A DNA stretch of 64,000 bases from Thermoplasmata archaeon (GCA_034667725.1 JAXDQS010000003.1:602171-666170); one strand, 5' to 3'. Positions 37,559 through 47,659 are shown, counted from the stretch's first letter. Program-made: numbers and translations. Notes: generated from the letters alone by a model not told the origin.

Positions 37559-39154
37559 CTACGCCACCGACGGGTCGCGGTCGTCCGAGGCCGGCAGGCT
37601 GCGGCCGCGCAAGGGGGCGAACACGGGGTTCCGCAGCTCGCGCTGGCACACGGCGGGCGCCTCGGCGCTGGCCGCCTCGCACCACAGCCACGCCTCCTCC
37701 AGGTCGCCGAGGCGGACGCACGCCTCGGACAGGAGCATGGCGGTGGCGGCGCGGTCCTGCGGCGACCCGAGCCGGGACTGGACGGACGACAGGCAGCGCA
37801 GCACCTCGTTCCAGCGCTCCATCGAGTGGAACGCGAGGCCCTGCATGAGGCGGTGGTCGAGGATGTGGGGCCCGAGGCGTTGCCCGTGGATGGCGAGGCG
37901 CAGCGAGGCGCGGTGCCAGCCGAGGTCGTGGCAGCGGCGGGCCATCGCCCAGTAGCCCATGGCGCGCCGTTCGCGGCGGTTCTCAGGCTTGTGCAGGCCC
38001 AAGAAGCCGCGGCCGGACTGGAGCTGGCGGTAGTACCACGGCGGGAACATCCAGGCGCCGATCCCGAAGCCGAGCAGCAGGATGGCGCCGGCCAGGAGGG
38101 CGGCCAGCAGCAGGTCAGGCTGGGCGGGCAGGGCGGTGGGCGCGGTGGGCGCGTCGACCAAGGCTTCGCGGCCGTCGGCGAACACGGAGGGGATGGCGCC
38201 GCCGAGGTGGGCGCGCAGCCGGTGGCCGGGCTGCTTGGCGACGGTGAAGTCGAGGGCGCCGGAGACGACCAGGGTGTCCGCGCCGATGGGCTGGGGTGCG
38301 CCGATGCCGCGCAGCTCGCCGGCCGCCTCCGTCAGGGTGACGCTGCCCTGGGTGGCGTAGGCGGCGTCCGGGTCGATGTAGAGGCTGGCGCCGCGCAACG
38401 GCGCAGGCCAGGTGAGGGTGCCGTTGCGGACCAGGAGGAACGCCTCGGTGCGCTGGATGACGACAGGGAAGCTCATCCCGGTGGGGTCCGAGGCGCTGGG
38501 GTGCTGCCCGGTGCGCAGCTCGGCCGTTTCGGTCGCGTTGGCGACGCGGGCCGTGATGTCCCACAGGGTGAGCAGGAAGTCGCCGTGGACGGTCACGAGG
38601 GCGCTGCCGTCGCAGTCGGTCCACGCCACCGCGGTCTCCGCGCCGACGCGGAACGGGGGCCGCTCGGAGGTCACCACCCTTGGCAAGCGCTCGACCATGT
38701 CCTCGTCGGCGGGAGCAAGGCCGAAGCAGGCCCCGGCGGCCGCCACGCGCGGGCCGTCGCCGCCGGCCAAGGCGAACACCATGGAGCGGTGGTCCTTGCC
38801 GTTGGACAGCCCATCGACGGCCACGTCCTGGTAGAAGGCGGGGGGCGGGCCTGGGTCCTGCGGGGCGCCGGCGTTCGCGGTGCCGGCGTTCTCGGTGTCC
38901 AGCTGCACCTCGATGGCGTTGGCCTCCAGGTGGAACCCTGGCGCCGGCCGGCGCCCTTCGAAGCCGTTGGCCTCCAGGAGGAACGCGCGCAGGCCGCCTT
39001 CGAGCGTGTTGGTGCCCACCGCCTTGGCGCTGGCGGCGCCCAGGTCGAGGCTGGGCACCGCCGCGGCGGGGACGGCCAGCAGGACCAAGGCGAGCAGCAG
39101 GACGGCAGGCTTGGCGCCGCGGGGCACGTTGCTGGCGGATGCGTTGCCCGCCAT
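37559..39154 (-). CDS. Single-pass membrane protein with extracellular domain and cytoplasmic TPR-like tail
   Basis: Signal peptide, beta-rich body, TM LLLAALLAGAILLLGFGIGAW, helical repeats; start uncertain (39127-39169). Confidence 0.65.
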   Translation of the reverse strand: MAGNASASNVPRGAKPAVLLLALVLLAVPAAAVPSLDLGAASAKAVGTNTLEGGLRAFLLEANGFEGRRPAPGFHLEANAIEVQLDTENAGTANAGAPQDPGPPPAFYQDVAVDGLSNGKDHRSMVFALAGGDGPRVAAAGACFGLAPADEDMVERLPRVVTSERPPFRVGAETAVAWTDCDGSALVTVHGDFLLTLWDITARVANATETAELRTGQHPSASDPTGMSFPVVIQRTEAFLLVRNGTLTWPAPLRGASLYIDPDAAYATQGSVTLTEAAGELRGIGAPQPIGADTLVVSGALDFTVAKQPGHRLRAHLGGAIPSVFADGREALVDAPTAPTALPAQPDLLLAALLAGAILLLGFGIGAWMFPPWYYRQLQSGRGFLGLHKPENRRERRAMGYWAMARRCHDLGWHRASLRLAIHGQRLGPHILDHRLMQGLAFHSMERWNEVLRCLSSVQSRLGSPQDRAATAMLLSEACVRLGDLEEAWLWCEAASAEAPAVCQRELRNPVFAPLRGRSLPASDDRDPSVA

Positions 39155-39282
39155 GAACGTATTTGCCATAGTCGGGAACGCTCCGAGGGTCCCCAGGCGG
39201 CCCAGGTTCCTTACTCTATTGGATAATGCTGGCCAATGCGCCAAGGACTGGGCACAAGGATCGGGCCAGGAAACTGGGTCCG

Positions 39283-39888
39283 TCAGACCTTGTCCAGCAT
39301 GTGGCCCATCTTGTCCCGCTTGGTCGCCATGTAGCCGCGGTTGTCGTCGTTGGGCGCGACCTCCAACGGCACGCGCTCGATGCACTGGAACCCCAGCACC
39401 CGCAGCGCCTCCACCTTGGCCGGGTTGTTGGTGAGCAGGCGGAGCTTCTGGACCCCCAGGTCGGCCAGGATGTCCTTGGCGGCGTCGTAGGTGCGCGCGT
39501 CCACCGGGTGCCCGAGCTGGAGGTTCGCCTCCACGGTGTCGAGCCCCTGCTCCTGCAGCTCGTAGGCCAGGATCTTGTTGGTGAGGCCGATGTCGCGCCC
39601 CTCCTGCCGCAAGTAGAGCACCAGCCCGCTGCCGGCCGCCTCGATCTGGCGCAGCGACTCCTGGAGCTGGGCGCCGCAGTCGCACCGCCGGCTCGCGAAG
39701 ATGTCGCCGGTCAGGCACTCGCTGTGGATGCGCACCAGCACGGGCGCCGCGCCCTGGACGTCGCCCTTGACGATGGCGGCGTGCTCCTTGCCGGTCGGCA
39801 CGTCGCGGTAGACGTGGATGCGGAAGTCGCCGAACGCGCTCGGCAGATGCGCGGAGGCGGCGTGCACGGCAGTGGGCCGGCGGGGCAC
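39283..39888 (-). CDS. ribA: GTP cyclohydrolase II
   Basis: RIHSECLTGD..S.RCDCG.QL, YLRQEGR, LLTNNP.K; start estimated. Confidence 0.92.
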   Translation of the reverse strand: MPRRPTAVHAASAHLPSAFGDFRIHVYRDVPTGKEHAAIVKGDVQGAAPVLVRIHSECLTGDIFASRRCDCGAQLQESLRQIEAAGSGLVLYLRQEGRDIGLTNKILAYELQEQGLDTVEANLQLGHPVDARTYDAAKDILADLGVQKLRLLTNNPAKVEALRVLGFQCIERVPLEVAPNDDNRGYMATKRDKMGHMLDKV

Positions 39889-39991
39889 GGCCGCGCCAAG
39901 GCCGGCGCCGCTATGTCCGTATGGGTCCGCGCGGACGGTCCGCGGCGCGACCCCAAACCCCCATCTACCGGGCGTCCGTGCCGATGCCGAC

Positions 39992-40939
39992 ATGGCCAGC
40001 TGGCTGAAGGAGAAGGCGCCCGGGCTCCACCACTTTCTCACCCGCAAGGACAAGCCTTGGCGCATGGTGCGCGAGGTGCTGGGCTTCGTGCTGGCCATCG
40101 CCGTCTTCGTGGCGCTCTTGTTCGGCCTCACCGGCCAGCCCCTCTCCGGCGGCTACCCCGTCGTCGTCGTGACCACGGGCAGCATGATGCACTGCGAGGG
40201 CTACTTCCCCGACAGCGCCGGCCCGCCTTTGGGCAAGGACTGCGACGCCACCTCCTACGGCCGCGTCGGCAGCATCGACCCCGGCGACCTGGTGTTCGTG
40301 CAACGGGTGGACGCCCGCGACGACGTGACCCCCCACGCCTCCGCCGACGCCGGCGGCAACTACGGCAAGGACGGCAACGTCATCGTGTTCCGCCCGCACC
40401 ACTTCCTCGGCATCGACAAGCACGCCACCCCCATCATCCACCGCGCGCTGTTCTGGGTCGAGTTCCACGACGACGGCACCTACTCCGTCCCCGAGCTCGG
40501 CCTCGCCCACGTGACCCGCCTGGACGCCAAGGGCGGCGGCATGGCCGGCTGCCCGCTCGCGTTCGACAACTTCCGCCACGGCAGCGCCGTCCCCAGCCCC
40601 GCCGACTCCGGCTTCATCACCCGCGGCGACAACAACGGCCAAGCCGACCAGTGCGGCGAGACCGACCCCGTCCGCGTCGAGACCATCCTCGGCGTCGCGC
40701 GCGGCGAACTCCCATGGATCGGCCTCGTGAAGCTGTTCTTCGACGACGTCACCGGCGGCGGCAGCAACTTCGGCAACGCCGGCGGCGACTCCAAGGTCAT
40801 GCTGGTCGTCGTGCTGGTGGTCGTGCTCGCGACCCCGTGGCTCGTCGACGTGCTGGTGGTGCGCAAGCGGCGGGCACGGCTCGCTGCGCAGGAGAAGACC
40901 CAAGGGGACGAGACAGAGCCGGGCGACAAGAAACCCTGA
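39992..40939 (+). CDS. Signal peptidase I (S26, Sec11-like)
   Basis: VVTTGSM, PIIHRA, FITRGDNN. Confidence 0.85.
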   Translation: MASWLKEKAPGLHHFLTRKDKPWRMVREVLGFVLAIAVFVALLFGLTGQPLSGGYPVVVVTTGSMMHCEGYFPDSAGPPLGKDCDATSYGRVGSIDPGDLVFVQRVDARDDVTPHASADAGGNYGKDGNVIVFRPHHFLGIDKHATPIIHRALFWVEFHDDGTYSVPELGLAHVTRLDAKGGGMAGCPLAFDNFRHGSAVPSPADSGFITRGDNNGQADQCGETDPVRVETILGVARGELPWIGLVKLFFDDVTGGGSNFGNAGGDSKVMLVVVLVVVLATPWLVDVLVVRKRRARLAAQEKTQGDETEPGDKKP

Positions 40940-40983
40940 CAAAAAAGAGACGGTCTTATCCCGCGGCCCCAAGTTCGGACCGC

Positions 40984-41490
40984 GTGGCTGAACCAGACTT
41001 GTCGTGGCTCATCGGCCCCGGCGGGGTCGCCTTCGTCGTCCTGTGGGTCTCCTTGGCGCTCGCTGCCGCGCTGTGGCCGTGGCTGCTGCTTGGGGCGTTC
41101 CGCCGCATGGCCCGGCAGCAGGAGGCGATGGCGGTCGCCATCCTCGAGGTCGCGCGGGCGTTGCGCTCCCCCGGCGCCACTTTCACCGGCCAGAAGCCGC
41201 GCGGCCCCGATGAGGCGATGGCCGTGCTGGCCGCGCAGGAGGCGCGCATCCGCGAGCTGCAGGCACAGCAACGGCCGAACCCGATGCCGCCCTTGCCCGC
41301 GGAAGGCCTGAGCGCCGCCGAGATTGTGGGCGGAGGCCTCGTGGGCTTCGGCGTCCTCGGCCTGCTGGTCGGCCTCCTCTACGGCTGGGTCCCCGCCCTG
41401 GTGGGCCTGCTGTTTGTCCTCGGAGGCGTCGCTGCGATGTCGTCCGGCCGCAGCGCGCGCAAGGCTGCGCGGCGCCGGCGCGGGATGTAG
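40984..41490 (+). CDS. Hypothetical membrane protein
   Basis: N-terminal and two C-terminal hydrophobic helices. Confidence 0.5.
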   Translation: MAEPDLSWLIGPGGVAFVVLWVSLALAAALWPWLLLGAFRRMARQQEAMAVAILEVARALRSPGATFTGQKPRGPDEAMAVLAAQEARIRELQAQQRPNPMPPLPAEGLSAAEIVGGGLVGFGVLGLLVGLLYGWVPALVGLLFVLGGVAAMSSGRSARKAARRRRGM

Positions 41491-41494
41491 GCGG

Positions 41495-43141
41495 CTACGC
41501 CGCCGCCACCGGCTCCGGCCCCTGCACGAGCCCCTTGGCGGACAGCGCTGCCTTCACCAGGCCGACGAACAGGGGCCCCGGCTTGTGGGGCCGCGAGTTG
41601 AACTCGGGGTGGAACTGGCCGCCGATGAAGTAGGGGTGGACGTCCCTGGGCAATTCCATGACCTCCATGAGGGGGCGGTCGGGGATGCGGCCGCTGAACA
41701 CGAGGCCCTTGCCCTTGAGCTGGTCGACGTACTCGGGGTTCATCTCGTAGCGGTGGCGGTGGCGCTCGGTGATGACGGCGGCGTTGTAGGTGTCCGCCGC
41801 CAGCGAGCCGGGCTCCAGGACGCATTCGTAGGCGCCGAGGCGCATGGTGCCGCCCAGGTCGGCGACGCCGCCTTGCTCGGGGAGGATGCAGATGACGGGG
41901 TGGACGGCGTTGGGGTCCATCTCGGTGGAGTAGGCGCCCCGGAGGCCGCATTGGTTGCGGGCGAACTCCACGATGGCAAGCTGGAAGCCGAGGCAGATGC
42001 CGAGGAACGGGACGCCCTTCTCGCGGGCGTGCTGGACGGCGCGGATCTTGCCCTCGGTGCCGCGCGAGCCGAAGCCGGGCCCCACCAGGATGGCGTCGGC
42101 CTCCCGCAGCTTGCGCCAGGCCTCGCGGTCGTCGGCCTCCAGGTCCTCGCCCTCGACGTAGGCGATGCGGACCTTGGTGTCGAGGCTGGCGCCGGCGTGC
42201 CGGAGCGCTTCGTTGATGCTGAGGTAGGAGTCGCTGAGGTCGGTGTACTTGCCGACGAAGGCCACGGTGACCTCGTGGCTCGGGTTGAGGATGCGGTCCA
42301 CCAGGTCGCGCCAGGCCGCCATGTCGGGGGCGTGGGGCTTCATGTGGAACCGGCGCAGGATGTAGTCCGGGACGCCCTGCTCCTCCAGGATGACCGGGAC
42401 CTCGTAGATGGTGCGGGCGTCGTGGGCGCTGATGACGGCGGCCTCGTCGACGTCGCAGAAGCTCGCGATCTTCTCGCGGATTTCCGGCATCAAGGGCTGC
42501 GTGCTGCGGCAGACGATCATGTCCGGGTGCAGGCCGATGGCCTTCAGGTCGCGCACCGTGTGCTGGGTCGGCTTGGTCTTCTGCTCGCCGACGGCGCCCA
42601 CCACGGGCACCAGGCTGGTATGGATCAAAAACAGGTTCTCGTGGCCGACTTCGCGGTGGAGCTGGCGGATCGCCTCCAAGAACGGCGCGGACTCGATGTC
42701 GCCCACCGTGCCGCCCACCTCGACGAGGCAGATGTCGGCGCCCGACTTCTTGGCCACCCGCTTGATCCAGTCGCGGATCTCGTTGGTCACGTGCGGGATG
42801 ATCTGCACGGTCTTGCCGAGGTAGTCGCCGCGGCGCTCCTTGTCGATGACCGCCTTGAACACCTTGCCCGTCGTGATGTTGTTCTCGCGCCCCAGCGGGA
42901 TGTCGAGGAAGCGCTCGTAGTTGCCCAGGTCCAGGTCGGCCTCGCCGCCGTCATTGAGGACGAAGACCTCGCCGTGCTCGAACGGGTTCATCGTGCCCGC
43001 GTCCGAGTTCAGGTAAGGGTCGATCTTCACGGCCGTCAACGACACGCCGCGGGCCTTCAGCAAGGTCCCGATCGAGCTGGTCGTGATGCCCTTGCCAAGC
43101 CCGGACAGGACGCCCCCCGTCACGACGATGTACCTCGTCAT
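41495..43141 (-). CDS. pyrG: CTP synthase
   Basis: [37 protein letters not shown]. Confidence 0.97.
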   Translation of the reverse strand: MTRYIVVTGGVLSGLGKGITTSSIGTLLKARGVSLTAVKIDPYLNSDAGTMNPFEHGEVFVLNDGGEADLDLGNYERFLDIPLGRENNITTGKVFKAVIDKERRGDYLGKTVQIIPHVTNEIRDWIKRVAKKSGADICLVEVGGTVGDIESAPFLEAIRQLHREVGHENLFLIHTSLVPVVGAVGEQKTKPTQHTVRDLKAIGLHPDMIVCRSTQPLMPEIREKIASFCDVDEAAVISAHDARTIYEVPVILEEQGVPDYILRRFHMKPHAPDMAAWRDLVDRILNPSHEVTVAFVGKYTDLSDSYLSINEALRHAGASLDTKVRIAYVEGEDLEADDREAWRKLREADAILVGPGFGSRGTEGKIRAVQHAREKGVPFLGICLGFQLAIVEFARNQCGLRGAYSTEMDPNAVHPVICILPEQGGVADLGGTMRLGAYECVLEPGSLAADTYNAAVITERHRHRYEMNPEYVDQLKGKGLVFSGRIPDRPLMEVMELPRDVHPYFIGGQFHPEFNSRPHKPGPLFVGLVKAALSAKGLVQGPEPVAAA

Positions 43142-43175
43142 ATGCAACGGGAATTCCCCTACGCGGGGGCTCCAT

Positions 43176-43925
43176 TTAGCCTGATGGGGATGGCGCCGCC
43201 GCCAGCCACCGCGCCACCCACTTCGGCGGGAAGTAGGCCAGGAGCACCGTGCCCGAGGTCAGCAGGCCCAATCCGACGATGGTGAGGAACTTGGTGAGGG
43301 CGGAGCCGGCGACCTGGCCCGCGAAGCCGCCGACGACCCAGATGAGCAGGCTCAGGCCGACCAGGAGGACGCGGTAGCGTTGGGCGCGGTCGACGCGGGG
43401 GGCGAGGCTGACGTAGGCCACGCCGCCGACCACCAGCGGCAGGCCGATGGAGGCCAGGACGGCGGTCCAGAGCGGGCCTTGGACGGGGTCGGCGTAGTCG
43501 AGCACGAGGCCCCAGTCGGTGGCGCGGACGGCGATCGGGCCGTGGACGTGGACCGAGTAGGCGTACCCGATGGCGGCGGCCTCGTAGTACATCGCGAGCG
43601 GCAGCAGCAGGTGGCGCGTGCCGAAGTAGACGAACAGGATGTGGTAGGCGAGGCAGGCGGCCGCGAACGACAGGAGCGGGCCGGAGGCGTAGCGGGCGGC
43701 GAGGTAGGCGGGCAGCGACGTCCAGCCGGTGGAGCCCGCGATGGCGAAGGCGCCCTCCGTCGCAAGGTAGGCGGCCATGGCCCACCACCACAGCACGAAG
43801 GCGATGTTGGCGCCGCGGAGGGTCGGGCTCACGTCGCGGCGGCGCAGCCGTTCGCCCACGGCCACGAAGGAGGCGGCCGTGAGCAGGTGGACGGCGCCGA
43901 CCGCCAATAGCGTGAGCGTCCCCAT
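43176..43925 (-). CDS. Stand-alone 7TM membrane protein (paralog of 50437-51195)
   Basis: Seven hydrophobic segments; shared F.LWW and [11 protein letters not shown] motifs. Confidence 0.7.
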   Translation of the reverse strand: MGTLTLLAVGAVHLLTAASFVAVGERLRRRDVSPTLRGANIAFVLWWWAMAAYLATEGAFAIAGSTGWTSLPAYLAARYASGPLLSFAAACLAYHILFVYFGTRHLLLPLAMYYEAAAIGYAYSVHVHGPIAVRATDWGLVLDYADPVQGPLWTAVLASIGLPLVVGGVAYVSLAPRVDRAQRYRVLLVGLSLLIWVVGGFAGQVAGSALTKFLTIVGLGLLTSGTVLLAYFPPKWVARWLAAAPSPSG

Positions 43926-44014
43926 CACACCCTCCGCGAGGGCAGAGGCCTGCGAGGAGATAACCTGCGACCTCGGCCCCCACCCTTTTCCCTCAAGGCC
44001 GCTTCGTGGCGGCC

Positions 44015-44461
44015 ATGCACGTGACCGGCATCGTCCTGCGGGCGCTCGAGGCGCGCCGCTTCCAGGACCCTGTCCCCAACTCCCAGATTCGCATCGACCA
44101 CAACTCCACCATCACGATGGTCGCGAAGGAGGCCCCCGACCGGCTGCGCGTCGAGTTCGGCTACACCACCTCCTACGGCCCGCTCGGGCTGGTGAAGGTG
44201 GAGGGCGCCTTGTCGCTCGTGGACCCGAACGCCGGCGCCGCGGCCGACGGCTGGGCGACGACCCGCAACCTGCCGCCCGAGATGGCGCAGGCGGTCCACT
44301 CCGCCATCATGGCGCGCGCCGTCCCCGAGGCGGTCGGGTTGGCCAAGGACCTCAACCTGCCGCCGCCCATCCCGTTGCCCCAGATTCAGTTCCAGGGCCA
44401 GAAGCCGGCGGCCGGCGCGGCGGTGGCGGCCAAGGACGCCTGGTCGCCCGAGACGGCCTGA
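44015..44461 (+). CDS. Conserved hypothetical protein (possible SecB-like fold)
   Basis: IRIDHNSTIT, YGPLGLVKVEG, LNLPPPIPLP. Confidence 0.6.
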   Translation: MHVTGIVLRALEARRFQDPVPNSQIRIDHNSTITMVAKEAPDRLRVEFGYTTSYGPLGLVKVEGALSLVDPNAGAAADGWATTRNLPPEMAQAVHSAIMARAVPEAVGLAKDLNLPPPIPLPQIQFQGQKPAAGAAVAAKDAWSPETA

Positions 44462-44534
44462 GGGCGGCCGGTCGCGGAAGACAGGACCGGGACGCTTAAG
44501 TGGCGCCCTCCTGGTGGGCTCGCAAGGGGAGCCC

Positions 44535-45338
44535 ATGGCATCGTCCGTCGAGCGTCGCACCGTCACCACCCGCACCCTCCGCACCGAGGGCACGGACCAG
44601 ATCAAGACCAACCTGAGCCGCGTCTCGGAGGAGATTTCCCGGGTCCGCGACCGCGCCCGCGAGGAGGTCAACTCCTTGGAGCGCATCAAGGGCATGCTCG
44701 ACGTCGGCTACCTCAACGACCTGATCAAGAGCATCGAGCAGCTCGAGGTCCGCATGGAGACCCTCGAGACCGAGGCCCTCACCTCCGCCCGCGACGTCGA
44801 CGAGACCCGCGCCGAGCTGCAGAAGGAGCAGGAGCGCCTCGCCAAGCTGTGGGAGGCCTACAAGGCGCAGGAGGACGAACTGACCCAGCTCCGCCGCGAC
44901 TCCCCCCTCTTGCAGGAGCGCGTCACCCAGGCCGAGCGCCAGTCCGAGTCCCTCAAGCGCGAGGTCGCCCGCCTGGAGCCCCTTTCCCGCTACAAGTCCG
45001 AGTACGACGCCGTCGTGCGCGAGAACCAGACCCTCCGCGTCGAGGTCGAGTCCCTGAGCCGCGAGGCCCGCCGCTCCCAGGACGAGCTGCGCGCCGTCCA
45101 GGGCGAGCTGGTCACGCTGCGGGAGGAGGGCGCCTTCAAGGGCCGCGCCGCCGAGCTGCAGAACCTGCTGGAGGAGGAGCGCGAGCGCCTCGCCAAGCTC
45201 TACAAGGTGTACGAGGAGCAGGCCGAGGACCTCAAGTCCGCCCGCGCCCGCCTGGACGCCTGGGAGGCCTGGGTCCAGAAGGTGCTGCCCGCAATGGACA
45301 CGCTGTGCCGCCACGCCGGCAGCGCGCCCCGCGCCTAG
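44535..45338 (+). CDS. Long coiled-coil protein
   Basis: E/L/R-rich heptads; ERLAKL repeated. Confidence 0.75.
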   Translation: MASSVERRTVTTRTLRTEGTDQIKTNLSRVSEEISRVRDRAREEVNSLERIKGMLDVGYLNDLIKSIEQLEVRMETLETEALTSARDVDETRAELQKEQERLAKLWEAYKAQEDELTQLRRDSPLLQERVTQAERQSESLKREVARLEPLSRYKSEYDAVVRENQTLRVEVESLSREARRSQDELRAVQGELVTLREEGAFKGRAAELQNLLEEERERLAKLYKVYEEQAEDLKSARARLDAWEAWVQKVLPAMDTLCRHAGSAPRA

Positions 45339-46372
45339 GCTCGCTCAAGCACCACGAAGTGTCGCGTCAGGCTGCGGTGCGCCGGCTCGGCGTGCTGCTC
45401 CGCGACCGCGAGGCCGAAGGCCGCGGCGTCGGCGAGCAGCTCGGGCCGCGCGTGCCCGACCACGGCCCGCCCGCCCGGCGACAGCAGGCGCGCGAACGCG
45501 GCCAGCGCGCGGCGGTAGAGCGCCCCGACCTCCTCGCCCTCGGTGCCTGACGCCCGCCCATAGGGCAGGTCCGTCACGATGCCGTCGACGCGCTCCACCA
45601 GCTCCGGCGTGTCCCCGATGTCGGCCACGAAGCAGTCGGCGTCCACCGGCTCCGGCCCCGCGTCCGCCAGGGTCTGCAGCGTGCCCTGCACCATGAAGGC
45701 GTCCAGGTCGGAGGCGAGGACGCGGTGGCCGTCGAGCGCCGCCTCCAGCGCGAGGGTGCCGGTGCCGCAGAACGGGTCGTAGATGGTCCCGCCCGGCGGC
45801 ACGCGCGCGAGGTGGACGAGGCTGGCGGCGCGGCGCGGGTGCATCCCGACCGGGCTGAAGTGCTCCCGCCGCTCGGCGACGCGCGCCTCGAACCGGCTCC
45901 GGTCCGCCACGCCGCGGCGCAGCACCGCCCAGAGCCGGCCGTCCAAGAGCCACGCCGACAGCACGACCTCCGGCGCGCGCAGGTCGATGGCGTGGCCGGC
46001 GTCCCGCAGCGCCGCGCCGAGGGTCCGCTCGACGGCCAGGCTCGAAAGCGACTTGCCGTGGCCGCGCCGCTCGGTCCAGACGGCAGCCCGGCCCTTGCCG
46101 TCCGTCCGCTGCCGCACGACGGCGGCCAGATGGGCGAGGCCGGCCGCGTCGTCGGGCGCGTCGCCCCACGCCTCGCCCCACTCGAACAGCAGGGCGGCGC
46201 GGGCCAAGGCCGCGTCCGTGCCGGCGGGGTCGGCGGGCGTGACACGGGCGACCAGGCCGGCGGTGGCGAGCGTGGCGCCGGGGTCGTGGACCGCGAGCAG
46301 GGCCGCCAGCTCGGCGCGCGGCAAGGTGGGATGCTCGCCGCTTAGCAAGGCCAGGCGGTCGGGGGCGTCCAC
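45335..46372 (-). CDS. tRNA (guanine-10,N2)-methyltransferase (Trm11/Trm-G10-like)
   Basis: LSGEHPTLPRAE, FSPVGMHPR, DPFCGTG, TDLPYGR. Confidence 0.82.
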   Translation of the reverse strand: MDAPDRLALLSGEHPTLPRAELAALLAVHDPGATLATAGLVARVTPADPAGTDAALARAALLFEWGEAWGDAPDDAAGLAHLAAVVRQRTDGKGRAAVWTERRGHGKSLSSLAVERTLGAALRDAGHAIDLRAPEVVLSAWLLDGRLWAVLRRGVADRSRFEARVAERREHFSPVGMHPRRAASLVHLARVPPGGTIYDPFCGTGTLALEAALDGHRVLASDLDAFMVQGTLQTLADAGPEPVDADCFVADIGDTPELVERVDGIVTDLPYGRASGTEGEEVGALYRRALAAFARLLSPGGRAVVGHARPELLADAAAFGLAVAEQHAEPAHRSLTRHFVVLERA

Positions 46373-46418
46373 GGCGGCGCGAGTCCAGCCCGCGTCATGG
46401 CGCTTGCCCCTGCCCAAA

Positions 46419-46476
46419 CCACGGATTGCACGGATGGCACGGAACCAAAGGTCCGTGGAATCCGTGCAATCCGTGG
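46419..46476. repeat. Intergenic palindrome with 9-nt period (copy C)
   Basis: CCACGGATT GCACGGATG GCACGGAAC CAAAG GTCCGTGGA ATCCGTGCA ATCCGTGG. Confidence 0.85.
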
Positions 46477-46488
46477 TTGGTAGGGCGT

Positions 46489-47610
46489 CTAGGCCTGCAC
46501 CGCGATCTGCGGCACGGCCACCGGCGGCGCGTCCATCGTCATGATGCGGCGCACGGCCTGGGTGGTGGTGAGCAGGGTCTCCTTGCCGCGGCGGACCTTC
46601 TCCAGCACGCCGACGCCGACCAGCTTCTTGACGTGGAAGCTCGCAAGCGCGGGGCTGATGCCGAGGCCCTCGGCCATGGCCTTCTGGGAGGTCATGGGGT
46701 GGCTGGCGACCCATTGGGTGATCTGGTGGGCGGAGTCGCTGCGGACGGCGCTGGCGACCTGCATGTCCTGGCTGCTGACCTTGCCGCCGTCCTCGAAGTA
46801 GCACTTCTGGTTGTTGACGCGGCGAGTGGTGACCAGCTTGCCCTTCTCCAGCTTCTCCAGGTGGTGGGTGATGGTGCCCCAGCCGGCGCCGACCTTGCGG
46901 CTCAGTTCGCTGGCGTGGACGCCGGGGTTGGACTGGATGACCTGGAAGACCTGGGCCCGCATGGGGTGGTCCAGAAGCTCGGTGTCCTGGATGCGGCTGA
47001 AGCCGGCCACGGGGGCGGCGAGCCAGGCGAAGCGGCGCACCAGGGTCCAGAGGCCCCAGCCGGCGGTGGCGGCGCCGACCGCGGTGCCGGTGGCGGCGAG
47101 GGCGGTGAACGCGGGCGCGGGCATCTGGCGGGGGCGGAGGCCGAGGACGAAGCCGGAGTAGAGCGAGGCAAGGGCGCCCAGCTGCGCGGCCAGCCAGAGC
47201 GCGGTCGCGGCCAGGAGGTCCGCGGCGGCGTGGCTGCTGAAGCCAAGGAGGCCGCCCATGGCGGCGGCGCCGTCGAGGCCGAGGCGGGCGGCGCCCAGGG
47301 TCACGGCGGACAGGCCGTCCGCGACGGCGAGGCCGGCGGCACCCATGCCGGCGGCGGCGCCGAGCACCATCTGCTGGAGGAAGCGGCCGACGCCGCCGAC
47401 GGTGTCGCCGAGGCCGGGGCCCTTGCCGCCGACGACCTGGTCGACGGGGCCGGCGGCGCCGTCGAGGCCGCCGGTGACGTCGTCCACCAGCTGGTTGCCG
47501 GTCTGGACGGTGTCGTTGGCGAGCTCCTCGGCGGACTGCGTCGGCTGGCCCGCGGCGACGGCGGACAGCAGGAGGGCAGCGAGCGCCAAGGAGGCGGCCA
47601 GGGTTCGCAT
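46489..47610 (-). CDS. Membrane-anchored double winged-helix transcription regulator
   Basis: Signal peptide, Gly/Ala-rich hydrophobic region, FSRI...LDHPMR...NPGVHASEL...HHLEKLE, second HTH. Confidence 0.8.
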   Translation of the reverse strand: MRTLAASLALAALLLSAVAAGQPTQSAEELANDTVQTGNQLVDDVTGGLDGAAGPVDQVVGGKGPGLGDTVGGVGRFLQQMVLGAAAGMGAAGLAVADGLSAVTLGAARLGLDGAAAMGGLLGFSSHAAADLLAATALWLAAQLGALASLYSGFVLGLRPRQMPAPAFTALAATGTAVGAATAGWGLWTLVRRFAWLAAPVAGFSRIQDTELLDHPMRAQVFQVIQSNPGVHASELSRKVGAGWGTITHHLEKLEKGKLVTTRRVNNQKCYFEDGGKVSSQDMQVASAVRSDSAHQITQWVASHPMTSQKAMAEGLGISPALASFHVKKLVGVGVLEKVRRGKETLLTTTQAVRRIMTMDAPPVAVPQIAVQA

Positions 47611-47659
47611 ACGCCAGGGACGCGAGTTTCAGGCTATATGAGGTTATTGGCGGAGCGCC

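Noticed and set aside
36695-39250. Integrated element at tRNA-Gly
   Set aside because: Region lies on the tRNA's 5' side; no att duplication or integrase seen
37559-39718. 719-aa ORF extending across ribA
   Set aside because: The upstream part is an off-frame shadow; the signal peptide begins near 39127-39169
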